Positions 8,427 to 14,385 of a DNA stretch of 14,385 nucleotides are shown piece by piece. Position 1 is the stretch's first letter; each line of letters starts with the position of its first letter. Below the pieces are notes generated by a model. It was given only the letters and a program-made list of their open reading frames with translations. It was not told the DNA's origin and searched no databases. The DNA comes from Armatimonadota bacterium. Its GTDB lineage: Bacteria; Armatimonadota; Armatimonadia; Armatimonadales; Armatimonadaceae. The position numbers and the translations under genes were made by a program. The DNA is taken from positions 1-14,385 of the forward strand of contig JAYUUO010000089.1 of assembly GCA_043754515.1 (NCBI GenBank), given 5' to 3'.

Positions 8427-8804
8427 ATGAACCACTCAACAGAAAAGAGCCACGTCACACCCACTATGATTTCTCCGGATGCCATCGCCACCGAGTTCAA
8501 TCTTTGCCAGGACGCCGTGCGCCGCTTAAACGACTATCTGAGCCACGAGCTCGACGCCGAGGAGACGGAGGCGGTTCAAGCCCATCTTTCGCGGTGCCGG
8601 GGTTGCTTCGCCAAGTTCCACTTCGAGGTGGCTTTGTTGCGTACGATCCGGGAAAAGGCGGCGCAATCGGTCGCCCCACAAAACCTTCGCGATAAGATCC
8701 TGAGCTTGATCACACCGAAACTGGTCCCCGATAGCGGAATGGGCGTCGCGGACGCTGTCGCCGTGACACCCATGCACCCACCAGCGGTGGCCCCCGCTTC
8801 CTGA
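8427..8804 (+). CDS. Zinc-binding (ZAS, zf-HC2) cytoplasmic anti-sigma factor, RsrA/RshA-like
   Basis: C27-x25-H53-x3-C57-x2-C60, plus DYL..EL and AP..LR..I motifs. No TM helix; directly downstream of the ECF sigma gene. Confidence 0.9.
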   Translation: MNHSTEKSHVTPTMISPDAIATEFNLCQDAVRRLNDYLSHELDAEETEAVQAHLSRCRGCFAKFHFEVALLRTIREKAAQSVAPQNLRDKILSLITPKLVPDSGMGVADAVAVTPMHPPAVAPAS

Positions 8805-9054
8805 GCTGGATGTCCCGTCAGGGCGACCACGACGGCGCGGCCAGCCTGAAACCTGCCAAACAACTCTTACCCCTCGGCAACGTACTTTCGCGAAAAGCGA
8901 TGTCCATCTAGGTTACAAGGGGTGCGCGGCGGCGACGACACCGAAATGGCGAATCGGGTCGCCCGCTCCTCAGGGCAAACGGGTCGCGATCCTAGTTGCA
9001 TGGCTAGCGATAGGGACGGGGGGGATCGCGCGAGGAGGCGTAGCAACCCCAGCA

Positions 9055-9462
9055 CTACTTCGTTTCTATCCCTATCGCCTCGTTAAGTTGGCGGGTGTCG
9101 TAGTAGCCCTGGAAATAGCGGATCTTGCCCTCGCCGTCGAAGTCGAGGAGCGTCGCGCCGTCGTACCGTGCCGCGCCCTCCCGGACTGTTGTCTTCCAGA
9201 ATAGGCCCACGCTGTCGTCACCCGTCGTGATGTGGTGAAACTCCGACTTGCTGACGCCGATTGTCTTCTTGTACTGCATCCAAAACCGGGTCGCGCCCTC
9301 GGTGCCGGTTAGCGTCTCGCCCCCTAGTAGGAGGGCGGTATTAACAAGCCGAGCGTCCGCCGCGAACAGTTCTACTATGTCGCTTACGCCGGATTCGTCG
9401 GCTCCCTGCTCCAGCGCGTGTAGCGCGGATATGAACGAGTCCGCGAATGCTTTGCAATCCAT
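9055..9462 (-). CDS. Nuclear transport factor 2 / SnoaL-like domain protein
   Basis: 135 aa; IVELFAADARL, G.EG..RFW..Y, YDGATLLDFDGEGKIRYFQGYYD are typical of the SnoaL_2 fold. Confidence 0.85.
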   Translation of the reverse strand: MDCKAFADSFISALHALEQGADESGVSDIVELFAADARLVNTALLLGGETLTGTEGATRFWMQYKKTIGVSKSEFHHITTGDDSVGLFWKTTVREGAARYDGATLLDFDGEGKIRYFQGYYDTRQLNEAIGIETK

Positions 9463-9569
9463 CAGGTGTTTCGCCTTATCTAGTCCCGGCCTGCTTTCGT
9501 TGCCCCGCCGGATGATGTGTGTTGGCTTTGTTGTACCGGCGAACAGGGCGGACGAAACGTGATGTTTGT

Positions 9570-10187
9570 TTATCCGGGAAAAGCGCGCGCGAATTCGACC
9601 TCGAAGATCGCTACTGTCTCCTCGTCAATGATCGTGAAGCGGATCTCGCGCAACTCATCATCCGGGTGGGCGGCAGCCCATACGCGGACAGCTTCGAGCA
9701 TCACCGTCGCGCACCTGTCTTTGGGGAACCCGAATATACCGCTAGAGATCGCGGGGAATGCCACGGAGCGCAAGCCACGTCTACGGGCGATCTCAAGAGC
9801 GGCCGTGGTCGCGGAAGCCAGAAGGCAGTCGCTCTCGTCGGGGGATTGTCCGCGCCAGACGGGGCCAACGGCATGGATGACGTGCTTCGCGCCAAGAGTA
9901 CCCGCACCGGTGATAGCCGCCGAGCCGGCCGGGACACGCCCGACGCGGTCGGACTCCGTCTGGATCGTATACCCCCCTCGCCGGACGATCGCGCCCGCTA
10001 CCCCGCCGCCGTGCGCTAGTCCTTCGTTGGCGGCGTTCACGATAGCATCAACGCTCTCGCCGGTGATGTCACCAATGCTGAGCGAAAGCCGGTGTCCAGA
10101 GGGGAGCGTCACGGCGCGTCGAATCACGGCGTCGGGCGGCACGGTCTCGCGGATCTTGCCCCGCAAAAGACTAATCCGTTCGTTCAT
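9570..10187 (-). CDS. Macro-domain protein (YmdB/MacroD-like ADP-ribose / O-acetyl-ADP-ribose hydrolase)
   Basis: GDIT..VDAIVNAAN..L.HGGGVAGAI, VIHAVGPVW, SVAFPAISSGIFGFP. Confidence 0.93.
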   Translation of the reverse strand: MNERISLLRGKIRETVPPDAVIRRAVTLPSGHRLSLSIGDITGESVDAIVNAANEGLAHGGGVAGAIVRRGGYTIQTESDRVGRVPAGSAAITGAGTLGAKHVIHAVGPVWRGQSPDESDCLLASATTAALEIARRRGLRSVAFPAISSGIFGFPKDRCATVMLEAVRVWAAAHPDDELREIRFTIIDEETVAIFEVEFARAFPG

Positions 10188-10202
10188 AATGTTATTGTAC
10201 CA
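10188..10202 (-). promoter_or_regulatory. Extended -10 element for a probable leaderless macro-domain transcript
   Basis: Minus strand TGgTACAAT (hexamer 10199-10194), 6 nt, then ATG 10187; no SD. Confidence 0.55.
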
Positions 10203-10265
10203 TAAACACCAAACTTACTTGCGCAAGGACGGCTTCTGGTAGGGCGATTGCGCCGTAGCTTTGCC

Positions 10266-11522
10266 CTACGGCTTCGAGGAGGTCGGCACGGGCTTCTGAT
10301 TCGGCTTAAGGATCGGCGGTCCAACTCGGGGGGTTGGAATCGTCGGCACATCCGGTGCCTTAGTTGGAATAGGCGGCTCCTTGTCAAGGTCGGTCGCCGA
10401 CGCGGGATTCGCGAGTGCTTCCGGTAGCGGAGGGATCGCATTCGCCGCGCCGGGTGTGATCACGGCGAGCGAGGCACCCTGACCCGCCTGATTCAAGCGT
10501 ACGACGATCTGTTCAGCCGGCCTTATGGCGAAGAGTGGTACCGGTCGGTTCTGGTAACGTACCAATGCCAGCGGCAACATAGTGATCACCGTGCCGTCGG
10601 TGAGGGTGATCTGCCCACCGCCGTTCGTCGGCATTAGTTCGATACTCTTGACCTCGCCCCGACGCAGGTCGGTAGCGACGAGCACCAATAAACCTTCGCC
10701 GGAATCGTTCATCTCGACCTGCACCTGCTCGCCCAGTTTCAGGGCGTCGGCGGCGAATACGGGAGATGTCGCGGTGGTCGCGCCGACCGGCAGACCATTA
10801 CCGAGGGTACGTCGCGTCGCGCTCACCTCGTACGTCAGTGGCACACGGACGTTATTCCCGCCCGCGAGCCGCACGGTAATCATTTTCGCCTCGGGATAGA
10901 CACCGGTAAGCGAGCCGAAGACGGAATTGCCCGCCGGGGCGGTCGGGAGTTTCATCGCGTTCAGTGCCTCGGTGCGGACGGCAACTTCATAAGTGTCCGG
11001 GTTCCATTTGACCTGCGCCCCGAGTGCCTCGGAAACGAAGCGGAGCGGGACGACAGCGAAGCCATTTACTACCTGTGCCACCGACTCGAGCGGGCGCGTC
11101 TCGCCGTTCACGCGCGCGGTCTGATCGCCGGGCCGGATTGAGATCGTGGTCGCGCCGCGCACCGCGTTAATGGTCTGCGTCTTCACGTCGTACTTCACCT
11201 GTGCGCCGAGTGCCTCGAACACGCCGCGCATCGGAACCAGAATCCGACCGTCGGACTCTACTGGCTCGCCGGAGCCGAAGTTGACTAGCGCGCCGTTGAC
11301 CGTTACGCGGATGGCGGCCTTCATCTGGTCGGAGGAAGCGGAGCGCACGAAGATCGGGATGCCACGCGGCTTTTTCGGCGGGCTACCGGGCTTGGTAGCA
11401 GAGGCAACCGTCTGACGCGGAGGAGTGGACGGGACGGGCGTCGCGGCTTGCGGCAAGGGGGACGCAAACGCGCCGGAGCCGAGAAGCGCGGCGCAGACCC
11501 CCGTTGCTAATTTTTTAAACAT
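10266..11522 (-). CDS. Secreted copper amine oxidase N-terminal-like (stalk) domain protein with Pro-rich tail
   Basis: Signal peptide MFKKLATGVCAALLGSGAFA. GRILVPMRGVFEALGAQVKYD and VVPLRFVSEALGAQVKWN are the duplicated signature of this domain. Beta-rich C-terminal region and Pro-rich end. Confidence 0.85.
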   Translation of the reverse strand: MFKKLATGVCAALLGSGAFASPLPQAATPVPSTPPRQTVASATKPGSPPKKPRGIPIFVRSASSDQMKAAIRVTVNGALVNFGSGEPVESDGRILVPMRGVFEALGAQVKYDVKTQTINAVRGATTISIRPGDQTARVNGETRPLESVAQVVNGFAVVPLRFVSEALGAQVKWNPDTYEVAVRTEALNAMKLPTAPAGNSVFGSLTGVYPEAKMITVRLAGGNNVRVPLTYEVSATRRTLGNGLPVGATTATSPVFAADALKLGEQVQVEMNDSGEGLLVLVATDLRRGEVKSIELMPTNGGGQITLTDGTVITMLPLALVRYQNRPVPLFAIRPAEQIVVRLNQAGQGASLAVITPGAANAIPPLPEALANPASATDLDKEPPIPTKAPDVPTIPTPRVGPPILKPNQKPVPTSSKP

Positions 11523-11639
11523 CGTCGCACGTTCCCTTCTGCCGCGTCACTACGGCGACGGCGAGCCATCACGAGCGGATGACCTCAAAACACCCACCTG
11601 CCAACTCTTGCCGCGCACGCCGATTGCTTGTCACGCCAA

Positions 11640-12368
11640 TCATTCATCGTCGTCGGAGATGACCGCCCGGAGGGTGTACCCGTCGCTGCCCGGAGACGCT
11701 ACCACTTTGTCGCCGGATCGCAGGTCATCGAAGCCTATATTTGACCCATTATAAAGCAGTTGCGTATCCTTGCGCAATACCAAGGTCTTGCCGTTCGTCA
11801 TCGAGAGCGTGTAAGCGGAATCGGTCTCGCCAGCGAAATCAAGAAAGACGCCAGTAAATGTGCCTGCTACGGGCGACGCCGACCCCTTCGTTGTTCCCGA
11901 GCGGGTCGGGCCGGAGGCGATGACATTCGACTTGCCGTCGGTACGAATTGCCACGACACCTGACGCTGCGTCGAAGCGCACGTCCGCCCCGAGCGACTCC
12001 GCCACGAAGCGGAGCGGCACGAGCGTCACGCCAGCCGCCGCCCGCCCCGGCACATCAAGGGTCACCGGCTTACCATTCACAGTCGCCGTCCGCTCGCCGA
12101 GCACGAGCGATAGGCGCGTCTCCCCCTTCGTCGCGGTAACAGTTCTCGTCGGGCCGGAGTAGCGAACGCTGGCACCCATTTTTTCGAGCACCCCGCGCAG
12201 GGGCACGAGCAAACGCCCATTATCGCGCACGGGCGGCTGACCCGCGAACACGACACCCTTACCGTTGACCGTTACGATAACCATCCCCTTTGGTGCTACC
12301 ACCTCTTGCGCCGGTGCTGGCGGCGCGAGTAGTGCCAGCGCGACAGCCATGACTAATGTACTCTTCAT
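11640..12368 (-). CDS. Secreted copper amine oxidase N-terminal-like (stalk) domain protein
   Basis: Signal peptide ending APA-Q. GRLLVPLRGVLEKMGASVRY and TLVPLRFVAESLGADVRFD motifs; short C-terminal beta domain (FDDLRSGDKV). Alternative start ATG 12350. Confidence 0.85.
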   Translation of the reverse strand: MKSTLVMAVALALLAPPAPAQEVVAPKGMVIVTVNGKGVVFAGQPPVRDNGRLLVPLRGVLEKMGASVRYSGPTRTVTATKGETRLSLVLGERTATVNGKPVTLDVPGRAAAGVTLVPLRFVAESLGADVRFDAASGVVAIRTDGKSNVIASGPTRSGTTKGSASPVAGTFTGVFLDFAGETDSAYTLSMTNGKTLVLRKDTQLLYNGSNIGFDDLRSGDKVVASPGSDGYTLRAVISDDDE

Positions 12369-12545
12369 CGAAATCTCTTACGTTATGGTACCCGATATTC
12401 GCAGCCATGGTAATTGATAATCGAAATTATAGATTCACCAGTATCGGACAGAGGGGGCGGAAACAGGTGAAAAACGTCAAAAGCAGTACAATTATCACGA
12501 GAGATCACAAACGACATTCTCGAAAAACTAATGCAACCTAAGCGT

Positions 12546-12951
12546 ATGAACAAACCTATTCATTACCTGATCACTCTCAACATCATTGTCGCCTCGGTTT
12601 GGAGTGAAAACCTCCTGTGACGCAATCACGAGAAAGGAATCGCCATTGAGAGGCAGTTAGGCAAATCGGCGGCGGACGATGAAGCCAACGGCTTCATGAT
12701 CAAAAGCGACTTTACAATCGGGAAGCCTGGAGAGCCTTTAACCGATCAGCAGACAGAGTACTCGCGTGACCTTGTGGAAAAATATTACAACCAAGACTTA
12801 TGAGCACCGTTCTATGGTTCGGTTGCGTGTTGTCTGGTCACTTGAGGATTACTACGGGAGAACTACGGACGTGCAACGGGCCAAACTGCACGAGCGTTGG
12901 GACCGGGAGCAACATGCTCCCGATCCTAGCACACAGGCAAGGAACCCGTGA
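12546..12951 (+). pseudogene. Probable degraded gene in an AT-rich patch
   Basis: Frame from ATG 12546 reads MNKPIHYLITLNIIVASVWSENLL*RNHEKGIAIERQLGKS...DLVEKYYNQDL*APFYGSVACCLVT*, with TGA at 12618, 12801 and 12843. A shifted frame (track ORF 12766..12951) runs up to the FKBP stop. Confidence 0.35.
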
Positions 12952-13986
12952 TTACTTGACGTCTAACAGTTCAATATCGAAAAGCAACGTCGCCTTCGGC
13001 GGGATCGCGGGCGGGTGTCCTCCCTCGCCGTACGCCAGTTGGTACGGGATCGTCAGCTTGCGCTTCCCACCGACCTTCATCCCGGCCACGCCCTCGTCCC
13101 AGCCCTTGATCACACTCCCCGCGCCGAGCGTGAACTCGAACGGTTGCCCACGATCACGCGACGAATCAAACTTCGTACCGTCCGTGAGCGTGCCGGTGTA
13201 ATGCACAGTCACGGTCCGCCCCGCGACGGCGGTCTTCCCGGTTCCGACTTTGACGTCCTCATATTGAAGACCCGACTCGGTCGTCACTGGCTTGCTACCG
13301 CTGACCGAACCAGTGCCGGGTGTCACGCCGGTACCGGTTGGGTGCGCGGGAGTTGTAGTGCCAACTCCAGCCGGTGGGGTTGTGGTACTGGCACCCGCCG
13401 GTTTGCCGGACATCGGCTTGGATTTCGCCTCCTCGGAATCGGTTTCCTTCCCTACTTGCTGGGTAATAGCAACGCCCCACGCCTGCGTAATCTCCTGACT
13501 CCTACCCTGAAGTTGCGGCATCTCCCGAGCCAGTTTTATCCCAGCGGAAGTGCGATAGAACGTGACCATGCTATCAATCTCACCCTGCGAGAAGCGCTCG
13601 GCGTAAATGGGCGCGAGACGGTCTGTCAGAGCCGGAAGCGCATCCGTAAACTTCCTTGTCACTTTATCCCAATAAGAGTCAGGGAGTAACGGGTGTTGCT
13701 GACGGTACCGCGAGACGACGCCCGGGATGATCGCCTTCACCGCTTCCACGGGTCCCGCCAGCATAACCAACTCGCGGGCACTTTTCAGCTTCCGGTCGTC
13801 AGGCTTAGTAGCCGTCGAGATGCCGGGAGCGGCCGTGCCCGGAGCTGTTCCGGGCTTGGGCTTGCCCGCCTGCGCATGTGCGGCAAGCGGAAGGGCGGCG
13901 TTGCCGAGGACGAGAGCGAGCGCGGAAGTACCGAGCACGAGACAGGAAACCGAGAAAGGGCGCGCCGCGCCGAAGCGTTTCGTCAT
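12952..13986 (-). CDS. Exported FKBP-type peptidyl-prolyl cis-trans isomerase with N-terminal DUF2059-like domain
   Basis: C-terminal [48 protein letters not shown]. Central [26 protein letters not shown] resembles DUF2059. Signal peptide ending AHA-Q; SD AGGAG. Confidence 0.92.
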   Translation of the reverse strand: MTKRFGAARPFSVSCLVLGTSALALVLGNAALPLAAHAQAGKPKPGTAPGTAAPGISTATKPDDRKLKSARELVMLAGPVEAVKAIIPGVVSRYRQQHPLLPDSYWDKVTRKFTDALPALTDRLAPIYAERFSQGEIDSMVTFYRTSAGIKLAREMPQLQGRSQEITQAWGVAITQQVGKETDSEEAKSKPMSGKPAGASTTTPPAGVGTTTPAHPTGTGVTPGTGSVSGSKPVTTESGLQYEDVKVGTGKTAVAGRTVTVHYTGTLTDGTKFDSSRDRGQPFEFTLGAGSVIKGWDEGVAGMKVGGKRKLTIPYQLAYGEGGHPPAIPPKATLLFDIELLDVK

Positions 13987-14010
13987 AAAATCTACTCCTG
14001 GTTAGAACAA

Positions 14011-14054
14011 TAGGACATCGGTGGGTGTTCTCCCGCCGATAACCCGTTGTCCTA
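14011..14054. terminator. Intergenic stem-loop between amt and the FKBP gene
   Basis: TAGGACA (14011-14017)/TGTCCTA (14048-14054) enclosing ATCGGTGGG/CCCGCCGAT (14017-14040). Confidence 0.35.
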
Positions 14055-14140
14055 CGTGGACTGTCCCCTATTTCGTTCCGAGTAATTCATGCCGCCCGAA
14101 TACCACTCGACCAGTGTACGAGGGGGCGGCGCGCCCCACG

Positions 14141-14385
14141 CTAGCCGACGGTGCCACCGTCATCGTAGCCCGCCTCACCGTGAACCAATTTATCAAGCCC
14201 AGCCTCCTCCTCGGCGGCGGTGGCACGCAATCCGACTGTCGGCTTCAATATCTGGACGATTACCACGGTGCCGACCACGCTGACTAGAATCGTAACCACC
14301 GCCGCGTATAACTGCGACCCGAGCAGACCAAGCCCACCGCCGAAGAACAGACCGTGCCCAACCGGGTTTATGGCGGGGCTGGCGA
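14141..14385 (-). CDS. amt: Ammonium transporter (Amt family), C-terminal part; 5' end lies outside the window
   Basis: Hand translation: ASPAINPVGHGLFFGGGLGLLGSQLYAAVVTILVSVVGTVVIVQILKPTVGLRATAAEEEAGLDKLVHGEAGYDDGGTVG*. GLR...EEE.GLD...HGE..Y is the conserved Amt C-terminal motif. TAG at 14143-14141. Confidence 0.93.
   Translation of the reverse strand, partial: ASPAINPVGHGLFFGGGLGLLGSQLYAAVVTILVSVVGTVVIVQILKPTVGLRATAAEEEAGLDKLVHGEAGYDDGGTVG

Noticed and set aside
8971..9000. CAGGGCAAAC (and GGCAAA near 12660) resembling a c-di-GMP-I riboswitch start
   Set aside because: No GNRA-capped stem followed by GACGCAAAG.
14021..14287. Plus-strand ORFs 14021..14287 and 14089..14283
   Set aside because: They lie opposite the clearly recognisable Amt C-terminus on the minus strand.
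1883..14385. tRNA-Ala as the integration site of a genomic island
   Set aside because: I saw no integrase and no repeat of the tRNA 3' end in the window, and the downstream genes look like ordinary host genes.

Overview
GC-rich bacterial chromosomal window, mostly housekeeping and envelope genes. The two secreted copper-amine-oxidase-N ('stalk') domain proteins suggest Armatimonadota, but that is inference. Gene order: 3'-truncated HEPN-like ORF (-, not in the ORF track), gap (-), tRNA-Ala(GGC) (+), rhomboid protease with TPR-like tail, renalase-like flavoprotein, GNAT (-), HIT hydrolase, small twin-arginine-motif protein, membrane-anchored TPR protein, mtnP, SigH/SigR-like ECF sigma factor and zinc (ZAS) anti-sigma factor, then on the minus strand a SnoaL/NTF2 protein, a macro-domain protein, two stalk-domain proteins, a DUF2059-FKBP fusion and the 3' end of an ammonium transporter (not in the ORF track). 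I saw no integrase, transposase or CRISPR array, and no complete novel multi-gene system. The best leads are a ~165-nt G-U-rich rod-like intergenic hairpin (candidate ncRNA, 5758-5922), the HEPN-like ORF behind gap, an ECF-type promoter in front of the anti-sigma gene only, the DUF2059-FKBP fusion, an AT-rich patch with a TGA-interrupted frame, and four genes that look leaderless. All structures were paired by hand; no database search was run.
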